This document shows positions 9,504 to 18,761 of a DNA stretch of 64,000 bases, piece after piece. This stretch comes from Thiomicrorhabdus sp. GTDB lineage: Bacteria; Pseudomonadota; Gammaproteobacteria; Thiomicrospirales; Thiomicrospiraceae. Where the stretch lies: NCBI GenBank assembly GCA_015487495.1, contig WFPP01000106.1, positions 609 to 64,608 of the forward strand. The letters run 5' to 3'. Position numbers and translations under genes: made by a program. The number at the start of each line of letters is the position of its first letter. Position 1 is the first letter of the stretch. A model generated the notes under the pieces. It ran no database searches and was not told the origin of the DNA. It was given only the letters and a program-made list of their open reading frames with translations.

Positions 9504-11116
9504 TTTTTTTAGACGTTCCCTTTAAAGAAAAAGATCAAGCCAAACAACTTGGTGCACGATGGGATGCCCGTTGTAAAAGATGGTACGTTCCTTCCGGGTT
9601 ATCTGAAAATATTGCACTTTTTAATCAATGGCTACCAGACACAATAAGTGAGCAATCCGTCACGTCACAAACCAATTTGATGTCATCCTTTCCATCATCT
9701 CACCACAATGAACACAATCCATCCCATGAAGCTAAGGGCATAACGCTTTCGGTTTTACTACAAAAAGTTCAAGGGGTGTTGCGCCAAGGGTTTCCTGGTG
9801 CAACTTGGGTGGTAGCTGAAATTGCAAACTTAAATAAACGTCGCGGTCATGTCTATTTAGAGTTAACTGAAAGTAATGAACAGGGTCAAACCCTTGCTCA
9901 TTGCCGAGCGATGATTTGGCAACGCCAAGCCGTTACATTATTACAACGCTTTGAAAAAGATACCGGTAGCGTACTGGCAGCAGGACAAAAAGTATTGTTG
10001 TTAATGGAAGTCAGTTTTCATGAGCAATATGGTTTCTCAATGGTAGTACAAGACATTGACTCAAGCTACACTCTGGGCGACATAGAGAAAAATTTAAGCA
10101 CCATTCGTAAACAACTTATTTTAGAAAAATGTTACGACAAAAACAAACAGCTTACCTTGCCTTCCGATTATTTTAGAGTCGCGGTTATTGCTCCTCCTGA
10201 TGCCGCAGGATTAGGAGATTTTAGAGCCGACGCCAATCAGTTACAGGCATTAAATCTCTGTGAATTTAAATATTTTTACAGCGCATTTCAAGGCGATGCT
10301 GTTCAACAAGAAATGTTAGCTGCCTTTCAGGCCGTATCCGCACTTCATCACTCCAAACCATTTGATGTGCTGGTCATTATTAGAGGAGGGGGGGCAAAAT
10401 TAGATTTAAATATGTTAAACACCTACTCTTTAGCACACCTGGTTTGTGAAGCAAAACTACCGGTTATCACGGGTATTGGTCACGAACGAGACACCACTAT
10501 TTTGGATGAAGTAGCCAATCAACGTTTTGACACACCCAGCAAAGTCATTGGACATATTCGTCATGAAATTTTTCAACAAGCACAAGCGGCTTTAACGCAT
10601 TGGAAACAAATTAAGCACTCCAGTCTGCTTTCGTTAAAACAATTAGAGCAAAATCTTGCTCAATTAAACCAAACCATTACTTATAAAAGTCAACAACTTG
10701 TAACTCGCTATAAACATGAACTAGAACCACTGCAACAACACATTAAACGCTTTGGTGGAGAAGTGGTGTCTTCAAACAAGCGAGCATTAAATGAAACGGA
10801 AAACAGAATTGCGACACAGCTGCATCATAAAATTGCACTAAAAAAACTGGAGCTTGAACAGTTAAACCTTAAAAGCAAAGAAGGTACAAAACGGGTGTTA
10901 CAACAAAACCGTCAACAGATTAATCAGTGGATGGCACTCATTTTAAGCTCTGGCCCTAAAACACAATTAAGCCGAGGATTTAGCATTGCAAAAAAAGCAG
11001 ACAGCCAAAAACCCATTACCTCCGCCAAAGAAGCACTGAAAGCTCAACGATTACAATTAGAGTTTATTGACGGAGCGGTTTATGTAAAAGTAGATACCCA
11101 AAAGGGCCTATTATAA
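9500..11116 (+). CDS. xseA: Exodeoxyribonuclease VII large subunit with N-terminal DUF5710-like domain
   Basis: N-terminal LDVPFKEKDQAKQLGARWD...WYVP; OB-fold RGHVYLEL; catalytic IIRGGG and TGIGHERDTTILDEVA..RFDTPS; coiled coil; QLSRGFS C-terminus; ATGA overlap with dusA. Confidence 0.88.
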   Translation: MIFLDVPFKEKDQAKQLGARWDARCKRWYVPSGLSENIALFNQWLPDTISEQSVTSQTNLMSSFPSSHHNEHNPSHEAKGITLSVLLQKVQGVLRQGFPGATWVVAEIANLNKRRGHVYLELTESNEQGQTLAHCRAMIWQRQAVTLLQRFEKDTGSVLAAGQKVLLLMEVSFHEQYGFSMVVQDIDSSYTLGDIEKNLSTIRKQLILEKCYDKNKQLTLPSDYFRVAVIAPPDAAGLGDFRADANQLQALNLCEFKYFYSAFQGDAVQQEMLAAFQAVSALHHSKPFDVLVIIRGGGAKLDLNMLNTYSLAHLVCEAKLPVITGIGHERDTTILDEVANQRFDTPSKVIGHIRHEIFQQAQAALTHWKQIKHSSLLSLKQLEQNLAQLNQTITYKSQQLVTRYKHELEPLQQHIKRFGGEVVSSNKRALNETENRIATQLHHKIALKKLELEQLNLKSKEGTKRVLQQNRQQINQWMALILSSGPKTQLSRGFSIAKKADSQKPITSAKEALKAQRLQLEFIDGAVYVKVDTQKGLL

Positions 11117-11246
11117 GAGTATATATATGAATGTTTATGAGACAATGTCGTGAGGCTTTTAAATAAAAAAAGACACACGGGTAAAAAGAAGAAGGGGGGG
11201 ATTTTTTCACAGTACCCTCATTTTTTAATAAATAATGGATGAAATA

Positions 11247-11477
11247 ATGAACCAATCAACCGAAAGTTTTAAAGAAAATTATCAAACCCTGCAAAAAATT
11301 GCACAAACCTTGTCAGATGCTTCCGACGTTGATATTGATGAACTGGTACCAATGGTAGATGAAGCTACGCGAGCCTACCAGTTATGTAAATCCAGAATTG
11401 AAGCGGTTGAAGCGGCTTTAAGTAACCGACTGGATGTCAATTCAAACAACGATGACCCTTCAGAGGAGAATAATTAA
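11247..11477 (+). CDS. xseB: Exodeoxyribonuclease VII small subunit (alternative start 11235)
   Basis: SFKENYQTLQKIAQTL...DIDELVPMVDEATRAYQLCKSRIEAVE helical hairpin directly after xseA. Confidence 0.8.
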   Translation: MNQSTESFKENYQTLQKIAQTLSDASDVDIDELVPMVDEATRAYQLCKSRIEAVEAALSNRLDVNSNNDDPSEENN

Positions 11478-11478
11478 A

Positions 11479-11844
11479 ATGACAAAAGCCACTATTTACC
11501 ACAATCCACGTTGCTCAAAAAGCCGTGCGAGTCTCGCCTTGCTACAAGAAAATGCCCTTGATATTGAAGAAATTCGGTATTTGGATAATACACCTTCAAA
11601 AGATACATTAAGGTCTCTTTGCCAGATAATGGGAATAACTCCAATGGAACTGATAAGAACAGGTGAACCTCTATTTAAAGAGCTTGATTTAAGCACTTCA
11701 GAAACAAAAACAGAGGATGAATGGTTGGAGCTTCTTGTTCAGCATCCACAATTAATTGAACGTCCTATTGTTCAAATTGGCCATAACGTGGTGTTAGGCA
11801 GACCGCCCGAAAAAATATTAACCATTTTGCCAAATGCTTCTTAG
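11479..11844 (+). CDS. arsC: ArsC/Spx-family glutaredoxin-dependent arsenate reductase-like protein
   Basis: IYHNPRCSKSR and LIERPIV motifs. Confidence 0.85.
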   Translation: MTKATIYHNPRCSKSRASLALLQENALDIEEIRYLDNTPSKDTLRSLCQIMGITPMELIRTGEPLFKELDLSTSETKTEDEWLELLVQHPQLIERPIVQIGHNVVLGRPPEKILTILPNAS

Positions 11845-11859
11845 GAAGTGCTGATTTAA

Positions 11860-11887
11860 TTTATCTACTTAATATTAAGTAGATAAA
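11860..11887. repeat. Perfect 28-bp palindrome
   Basis: TTTATCTACTTAAT/ATTAAGTAGATAAA, directly visible. Confidence 0.85.
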
Positions 11888-11966
11888 AAATAAACACTAA
11901 TTTGAACCACTAGGTTTTTAAACAGGGGGACTTTCATTTACTTAATCTTGTTTCATGCAAACACCA

Positions 11967-11994
11967 ATTTAACATAATATACATTATACGAATA
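11967..11994 (-). other. dif: Chromosomal dif site (XerCD recombination site, replication terminus)
   Basis: Minus strand TATTCGTATAA-TGTATA-TTATGTTAAAT; XerD arm and spacer identical to E. coli dif. Confidence 0.95.
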
Positions 11995-12345
11995 AATTAG
12001 CGTTTCTTGTTTAAGGTCTTTTTAAGGAATTTACCTTTTAATTCAGTGAATTACAAAATGGTTTCTTTAATTTTAATATCAAATTGAAACCCATTTTAGT
12101 CCTGATACCATATGCATTTGTTTACTGTTTAAATAATATTTTTTAAATAAATTTATGACTCATTTGAAAGTAAATTAAAGTTTTAAAGTTCAATTTCGAT
12201 TATTATAATGAAAACCCTGTACGATTACTGATACTGTAATGCATCGCAATGGCTGTAAATGCCTCCGGTGTAGTAATCACAATTAAGTTAGTCATGATTA
12301 AATTAGATAAATTAGCTTAGCACTTTTTAAGGAGTTGTTGTTCAG

Positions 12346-13875
12346 ATGGCACTTATGCCCGGTTTACAAATCAATATGGGTCAGCAACTAAAGCTCACCC
12401 CTCAGCTACAGCAATCAATAAAAATATTGCAGTACTCTGCTTTAGAGGTGCAACAAACCATTGAGACGACCTTAGAAACCAACTTTATCCTAGAAATTGA
12501 AGAAGAACAGTTGATTGAAGAAGAACAGTTGATTGAAGCGTTGGAAAAAAATGAGATCAAAAAAGAGAATGAAGCTTCAGAACAATTAACTCAAGATGAA
12601 CAGCCCATTGATATTAACGAAAACAAGGCACTTTCTGATAACCTTGAAATTGACTGTAACTGGGATGAGGTTTACTCTGACCATACCCCTTCTTCCACAG
12701 GTGTACAATCGCAAGATGATTATGTAAGTGCTGAAAATTATACGGCCTCTGAAAAAACACTGCATGACCATCTTTATTGGCAAGCTGATATTTATCCCTG
12801 GGAACAACGTCAAGCGACTTTGGCATCTTACATTATTGATGATATTACAGATGAAGGCTACCTTTCATCCGAACTTAATGCCCTGCTTGCTGAAATTAAT
12901 CAAAAAGAAACTCCGGAATCCCCTTATACACTTAATGAATTATCGACCGTATTGAAGATCATTCAACAATTTGAACCCACAGGTGTGGGCGCCCAAAACA
13001 TACAAGAGTCTCTTCTTTTACAGTTAGCTGCTTTACCAAACAGCCCTTTTGTCGTCACGGCAAAACAGCTGGTTAGCGAACACTTTGATTGGCTTGAGTT
13101 TCACGATCATAAGCGTATCAAAAAATTGTATCAATTAAATGATGCAGAACTTACCACGCTGTTTAAACTCATTCAATCCTTAAACCCTAGACCAGGGCGT
13201 AATTTTTCCTCCACGCAATCTGAAATTATTATTCCTGACTTACGAATTAAACGTGCTGGGCAAGGCTGGTTAATTGAACTTAATGCTAACGCTTTTCCGC
13301 GCTTGACCATCAATACCGAATACGTTGATTTAGCAAATACTCTTAAAGATAATGAGCAATCTAAAAAAATAAAAGAGCAACTTATTGAAGCAAAAGGACT
13401 GATTAAAAGTATTCACAGCCGTGGAGAAACCCTTTTAAAAGTTGGTCGTTTTATTGTTGAAAAACAGAGCCAATTTTTTGAAGAAGGCGAACAAGCCATG
13501 CAACCACTAGTGTTAAGAGAGGTGGCGGATTATTTAGACTTACACGAATCAACTATCTCCAGAGCCACCAACCAAAAATACATGCAAACCCCACGTGGTA
13601 CTTATGAATTAAAGTACTTCTTTTCAACGGGAGTGAGTCAATATGGTAGCGCCGACCAGTCTGCAACAGCCATAAAATCGCACATAAAAAGCCTTATTGA
13701 TAAAGAAGACCCTAAAAAACCTTTAAGTGACAATAAACTCATGGCACTTTTAGAAGAAAAAGACATTTCCGTTGCTCGTCGAACCATCGCAAAATATCGA
13801 GAATCTTTAAACATCCCCTCTTCCAGTGAACGCAAAAAGCTCAATAAATTTAAACTCGGAGTCAGTCGGACTTAA
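12346..13875 (+). CDS. rpoN: RNA polymerase sigma-54 factor
   Basis: Q-rich region I LTPQLQQSIKILQ, PTGVGA, LHESTISRAT HTH, RpoN box ARRTIAKYRE; AGGAG RBS. Confidence 0.97.
   Translation: MALMPGLQINMGQQLKLTPQLQQSIKILQYSALEVQQTIETTLETNFILEIEEEQLIEEEQLIEALEKNEIKKENEASEQLTQDEQPIDINENKALSDNLEIDCNWDEVYSDHTPSSTGVQSQDDYVSAENYTASEKTLHDHLYWQADIYPWEQRQATLASYIIDDITDEGYLSSELNALLAEINQKETPESPYTLNELSTVLKIIQQFEPTGVGAQNIQESLLLQLAALPNSPFVVTAKQLVSEHFDWLEFHDHKRIKKLYQLNDAELTTLFKLIQSLNPRPGRNFSSTQSEIIIPDLRIKRAGQGWLIELNANAFPRLTINTEYVDLANTLKDNEQSKKIKEQLIEAKGLIKSIHSRGETLLKVGRFIVEKQSQFFEEGEQAMQPLVLREVADYLDLHESTISRATNQKYMQTPRGTYELKYFFSTGVSQYGSADQSATAIKSHIKSLIDKEDPKKPLSDNKLMALLEEKDISVARRTIAKYRESLNIPSSSERKKLNKFKLGVSRT
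12496..12538 (+). repeat. 18-bp in-frame tandem repeat (2.4 copies) within rpoN
   Basis: ATTGAAGAAGAACAGTTG x2 plus ATTGAAG, encoding IEEEQL-IEEEQL-IE. Confidence 0.9.
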
Positions 13876-14070
13876 TGTAGGTCGATACGGTAAGAAAAGA
13901 GAACGTAGAAGCAGGTCATTTGGCTTAGCTCTTTTGGTTGGGGATTTGAGAGGATGCTTTATTATTGGCTTTTTTTTAAGCGAAGCAGGATAAATTTGTT
14001 TGCTTAACTGTTTCGTTTCTCTTTATAATGCCTGTAATTAGTACTATTATAGGTTAAAGCCGTTATTTAT

Positions 14071-15003
14071 ATGAATCGCATTCATTCAGAGCATATTCAA
14101 GAAGTCGCACAACAAAAATGGCAACACCAAGCACACGTTAAAGAATATATGTCTGCGGTTAATCCACCTATGCCAGATATTGATGTTATTGCTTACCCAA
14201 ATCATTTGCATCAAACAGGCCATACCACTCAAATTATTCCATTTGACCTATCAGACACGTTAAAAACAAATGGCCCTGCCACGTCACCTAATTTAATGGC
14301 CAGTTTTTTACGAATTTGTGAAGGTGATACACTTAAAACAAATGCCAAAGCAACCTCCCAAGTTTTTTATGTTATTCGTGGTGCAGGACGAACACAAATG
14401 AAAGAGGGAACAATTGAATGGAAAACGGGGGACTTATTTACCCTCCCGGCATTGCCCGACGCTATTCATTCTGCAACACAAGACACTGCTATTTATTGGG
14501 TTCATGATGCCCCACTTTTAACCTATTTAGGTGCAACCCCTACCGAACCACGTTTTGAACCTGTACTTTATACCCAAGAATTCTTAACAAAAGAACTTGA
14601 AGCCGTTCGGAAAATTGCGGAAGGCCGTAATCGTACCGGTTTTTTACTTTCAAACCCGAATTTTCCTATTACCATGACTTTAACCCATACATTGTGGGCG
14701 CTGTACAACGTATTACCTGCTGGAGTCACTCAAAAGCCACATCGTCACAACTCCATTGCGCTGGATTTTTGCGTGACTGCAAGCGAAAATACTTACACAC
14801 TTATTGGTAAAGAGATTGATACCGAAGGAAATATCATTGATCCTGTTAAGGCTGTTTGGACATCGGGATCTGCTTTTATTACCCCTCCAGGTTGGTGGCA
14901 TTCACATCATAATGAATCAGAAAAAGATGCGATTGTCTTACCAATTCAGGATGCTGGTTTAATTATGAATATGCAAGTACTGGACTTTCAACATATTCGT
15001 TAA
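14071..15003 (+). CDS. Bicupin protein, gentisate 1,2-dioxygenase-like fold, function unknown
   Basis: C-terminal cupin QKPHRHNS...FITPPGWWHSHHN; N-terminal cupin FYVIRGAG...WKTGDLFTLP lacks the HxH ligands. Confidence 0.75.
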   Translation: MNRIHSEHIQEVAQQKWQHQAHVKEYMSAVNPPMPDIDVIAYPNHLHQTGHTTQIIPFDLSDTLKTNGPATSPNLMASFLRICEGDTLKTNAKATSQVFYVIRGAGRTQMKEGTIEWKTGDLFTLPALPDAIHSATQDTAIYWVHDAPLLTYLGATPTEPRFEPVLYTQEFLTKELEAVRKIAEGRNRTGFLLSNPNFPITMTLTHTLWALYNVLPAGVTQKPHRHNSIALDFCVTASENTYTLIGKEIDTEGNIIDPVKAVWTSGSAFITPPGWWHSHHNESEKDAIVLPIQDAGLIMNMQVLDFQHIR

Positions 15004-15069
15004 AATAGTCAAAATAATTTTGTATTCAGTAAACATAAATAAACAGACATAACTCGGGAAAAATACATT

Positions 15070-15777
15070 ATGCCAAATACAGACTTTCATATTGCTGTCA
15101 TAGAAGATGATCCCATTCAACTGGAAAGCCTAGTAACCGCTTTGGAACAACAAGGCTTTTCGGTCGACTCTTTCGACAACCGTCAAAGTGCCGAAGAAAG
15201 TTTTTCAGAATCACTGCCTAACCTTGTGATTTCAGACATTATTTTAGGTTCTGAGGTAGATGGAGGGTTTGATTTGGCCAAACATTTATTAGGGTATAAT
15301 CAACCAATCCCTATTATCTTTTTATCAGAAAGACAAACTGAATTTGATATTTATACAGGACATGCATTAGGAGCGATTGATTATTTACCCAAACCAATCA
15401 GCCTCGATATGCTCATTGTTAAAGTTAAAAATTTGTTGCGTATTACAGGAAGTGGCCAAGCACAAGCGGATGAAAATGACGTTTCTAAAATTCCATATTT
15501 AGAGCTTTCTCTTGATCAATATCGAGCCTATTGGCACGATAAACCTTTAGATCTTACAGCCACCGAGTTTGAAATGCTTAAACAGTTTGCTATGGCTGGT
15601 GAGGCCAATGTTATCTCTTACGATGCCTTGCAATCTTCCACTCAAGGAGTTGTAGAGCGTAACACGATTAACACTCATATTTGTCGTATTCGCAATGCAT
15701 TTAAAAAAATCACCCCTGATTTTGACTTAATTCATAATGAATATGGACGTGGATACAGCTGGAAAGAAAAAAACTAA
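15070..15777 (+). CDS. OmpR-family response regulator, PdsR/ChvI-like
   Basis: Receiver IEDD...ISDI...YLPKP; winged helix LTATEF...NTINTHICRIR...YGRGY. Confidence 0.9.
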   Translation: MPNTDFHIAVIEDDPIQLESLVTALEQQGFSVDSFDNRQSAEESFSESLPNLVISDIILGSEVDGGFDLAKHLLGYNQPIPIIFLSERQTEFDIYTGHALGAIDYLPKPISLDMLIVKVKNLLRITGSGQAQADENDVSKIPYLELSLDQYRAYWHDKPLDLTATEFEMLKQFAMAGEANVISYDALQSSTQGVVERNTINTHICRIRNAFKKITPDFDLIHNEYGRGYSWKEKN

Positions 15778-15894
15778 ATCACCTCTCACCTTTTTTCACT
15801 GTTCTGCTAAAAAAGGCAAAAGAGAAGCATTTGTTTTGACTGGAGTGTCTGACATCCAAATCTTTTTGTCTCGTATGGGTACATTTTTAACCAT

Positions 15895-17475
15895 TTGATG
15901 GACACACCATTTATTATGATTTTAAAATCACTCAATCTACGCCTGTCCATCCGAGCACGCTTTTTTATTTTATTGCTTTTATTAACTATTTTGCCTTTTT
16001 TAGCCTATCGATTTGCCATTGATTTTAACCGTATTATGCTAACCAACCAGGCAATTATTCAAAAACAAACGGTTAAAAACTTATCGCTTATTTTAGAAAA
16101 CCGTCCCGATTTATGGGCGTTGCAAATTCAGGCTGGAACACCGACCCATCTCCCCCATTTAAATTTATCTAACTCAGTACTTTGGGTCGTAAACTCGCAC
16201 GGCATTACCACTTATGTGGTTGGGAATTTACCTAGTAAAGAGGATGAGCCCGAGACTGATATTTTTACTACCATTGGTAAAACTTTAATTAAAACGTTGG
16301 CGGCCTTTATTCCCTATTCACTTCCCTATCCTTACCCTCAAAGTAAAACACCTGAGCTTAACTTAATTAAACGTGCTTTTCAGGGACAAACGATTCAACA
16401 ATATCGAATGAATACCCACCACCAACCGGTTTCTTTAATGGCAGCAACGCCTTTAAAGTTTAATAATCGGGTTATTGGAACACTGGTATTGGAAGAGCGT
16501 ATTGAAACACTGTTTAGCGCAAGCCTTAACGATTTTTATCGAATGGTAGGAATCAGCTCCATTATCTTTCTTATTGTTATTATTGGAGCGATTATTCATA
16601 CGGCCTCTTTATCTAATAGAATCTTGCGCTTAGACAATGATGTTAAAAAAGTTTTTAGCTTTAAAGGTGCTTTAACCGATCTTAATTTTCCCGACCAAAC
16701 TAATCTGCAATACCAAGATGAACTCTCTGATTTACGTAACCATATTCACGAAATGCTCAAGCAACTAGGGGCTTATGAGCGCTATTTAAAACAACTTCCT
16801 AAAACCCTTAGACATGAACTTCATAATCCTTTAAACCGTTTATCAATGGCATTAAGCTTACTCGAAAAGGATATTCAGCATATTCAGCTTGATTATGCCA
16901 AACATGCTTTAGCACAACTTAAACAAATTATTGCTTCTTTATCAGAAGCCACCAGTATTGAAGACAGCTTGAAAAGCCAGACTCCTGAGCCTTTCCCGAT
17001 TGGGGTCATGCTCAATCACTATATGCAAAATAATATAGATCTTCACCCAGAATGGAATCTTAAATACATAAATCACAACCTTTCTGAAGACATTATGGTG
17101 TTAGGCGATGGCTTTATGATTGAGCAACTTATGGATAAACTGATTAGCAATGCCAAAGACTTTTCAAATGGCCGTATTCCCATTACCGTAACCGGTCAAC
17201 TAAAAGTCAATAAGGTCATCATTACTATTGAAAACTCAGGTACATTGTTGCCTGAAGGACATGAACAACAAATTTTTGACGGCATGACATCTATTCGTGC
17301 TTTAAACCAAGATGACCATGCACACTTGGGATTAGGGCTGTATATTGCCAAGCTCATTACCACTTATCATCATGGCCGAATTTACGCTGAGAATTTTAGT
17401 AAATACGACGGGCAAGCCATAGAAGGGGTTCGATTTGTTATTGAGCTACCGGTGTTTAAAGAAGGCCCAGAATAA
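15895..17475 (+). CDS. Membrane sensor histidine kinase with HAMP, PdsS/ChvG-like (start uncertain)
   Basis: Two TMs, H-box LRHELHNPL, N-box KLISNAKDF, G-box HLGLGLYIA. Confidence 0.9.
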   Translation: MMDTPFIMILKSLNLRLSIRARFFILLLLLTILPFLAYRFAIDFNRIMLTNQAIIQKQTVKNLSLILENRPDLWALQIQAGTPTHLPHLNLSNSVLWVVNSHGITTYVVGNLPSKEDEPETDIFTTIGKTLIKTLAAFIPYSLPYPYPQSKTPELNLIKRAFQGQTIQQYRMNTHHQPVSLMAATPLKFNNRVIGTLVLEERIETLFSASLNDFYRMVGISSIIFLIVIIGAIIHTASLSNRILRLDNDVKKVFSFKGALTDLNFPDQTNLQYQDELSDLRNHIHEMLKQLGAYERYLKQLPKTLRHELHNPLNRLSMALSLLEKDIQHIQLDYAKHALAQLKQIIASLSEATSIEDSLKSQTPEPFPIGVMLNHYMQNNIDLHPEWNLKYINHNLSEDIMVLGDGFMIEQLMDKLISNAKDFSNGRIPITVTGQLKVNKVIITIENSGTLLPEGHEQQIFDGMTSIRALNQDDHAHLGLGLYIAKLITTYHHGRIYAENFSKYDGQAIEGVRFVIELPVFKEGPE

Positions 17476-17498
17476 TTCCCCCCTACCGCTTCCTGTAT

Positions 17499-18761
17499 TT
17501 ATTGAATTCGTGCAGAAAGATCTTTTATTTTACGAATCCAGGGAGAAATACCCGATTCAGATTTAAGCTGTTTTGCTAACGCAGTCGCCAGCTTTCGATC
17601 TGAAAAAGACCCCATAATTAAAACATAATTGGTTACTCCATTTCGTGTTTGTGGCAAAATCCGAGTTTGTTTTAACTGCTTTTTAATCACCATATTTTGT
17701 AACGAATTTTGATCGAGCATACTGGCTAATTGCAACGTATAGTGCATAGGAGGCTCACTCATAAGCCATTTTACATCTGCCGAATAATGTGCAACAGGGG
17801 GCTTGGTTGCCTGTAAATCAGGTTGCTTAGGCTCCTTGGGAGCTTCAACAGGCTTAATCAGTTGCACCAAAGGCTGCTCTATAACGGGTTTTTTAACATC
17901 AGAAACATTAGTCTCAATGTTAAGCTTACGATCAGAATCACTCGTGAGAGAGAGATTTCGATTCTCTTCTTTTTTCTCCCCCCCTCGGTTATTTTGTGAA
18001 ATATAGTTTAATATTTTCTCAAATTTTTGATCAATTTGAGCCTCTAATTTTTCAGTATAGCGCTGTAAGCTTTGTTCTAGCGTTGCTTGCGTAACCAATG
18101 GGCTGTCTGCCACCTGTGTTGCTTCTTGTGTTGCTTTATTTGCTGTTGTAACGTGAGTGTTTTCAGGTAAGGTATTCTCTTCTTTTAGAGAGGGGCTGTC
18201 AGAAGTCGCGAGCAAGTCTACTTGATTTTTTAATGCCACCACCTGTGATTCAAGTGCAAAAATCTTATCTTCCAATGCCACAAATAACTCTACTTTTCCT
18301 CCTGTTGCAATGGCTTTTTGCAGAGCATTCATATCCGTTTGAATACTTTGTATTTTTTCAATAGATTGCTCATGAGCCAGCAGTACATTTTGAAGTTCTT
18401 TATGAATGCTACTGTAAGCAATGTAAATAACCCCTAATAGGGTTAATAATAAAGTAAGCATGATTAAAACACCAAAAAAGGAAGCTTTATTGGCTTTATT
18501 TTTTGGTGTTTTTAAAACCTGAGATTGATAATTTGATTTGGCGTTTTGAGGTGTTCTCATCTGTTTATCCGCTCTCTTTGAGTTTGCATTATGGGGTGCT
18601 TTAGAAGCAGGCATCACCTCTTCAGCTGCGTTTAACCAGCTTTTTAAAGAAGGGGATTTACTGGAAGGCGTTGCATCACCTGAAATCGTCTGGGCTTTAT
18701 TCTCGATCTCTTCAAGAATTTTAGCTCTTTCTGCTTCAAGCTCGGAAATGGTAAGCGACAT
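17499..18761 (-). CDS. Bitopic SPOR-domain cell-division/peptidoglycan-binding protein
   Basis: Single TM, coiled coil, P/K-rich linker, C-terminal HYTLQLAS...GSFSDRKLA...PWIRK SPOR signature. Confidence 0.8.
   Translation of the reverse strand: MSLTISELEAERAKILEEIENKAQTISGDATPSSKSPSLKSWLNAAEEVMPASKAPHNANSKRADKQMRTPQNAKSNYQSQVLKTPKNKANKASFFGVLIMLTLLLTLLGVIYIAYSSIHKELQNVLLAHEQSIEKIQSIQTDMNALQKAIATGGKVELFVALEDKIFALESQVVALKNQVDLLATSDSPSLKEENTLPENTHVTTANKATQEATQVADSPLVTQATLEQSLQRYTEKLEAQIDQKFEKILNYISQNNRGGEKKEENRNLSLTSDSDRKLNIETNVSDVKKPVIEQPLVQLIKPVEAPKEPKQPDLQATKPPVAHYSADVKWLMSEPPMHYTLQLASMLDQNSLQNMVIKKQLKQTRILPQTRNGVTNYVLIMGSFSDRKLATALAKQLKSESGISPWIRKIKDLSARIQ

Noticed and set aside
8391-11994. 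dusA-associated or dif-integrated genomic island carrying xseAB-arsC
   Set aside because: No integrase, no att duplication and no second dif copy visible; dusA is intact
12084-12113. Sigma32-like TTGAAA-16-TACCATAT upstream of rpoN
   Set aside because: Two mismatches in the -10 within very AT-rich DNA; insufficient support
12216-12345. c-di-GMP-I riboswitch suggested by GCCTCCGG in the rpoN leader
   Set aside because: Lacks the GCAAA/GAAA tetraloop-receptor architecture
13965-13981. Possible sigma54 -24/-12 promoter for the cupin gene
   Set aside because: GG to GC spacing is 11 rather than the required 10 and flanking bases fit poorly
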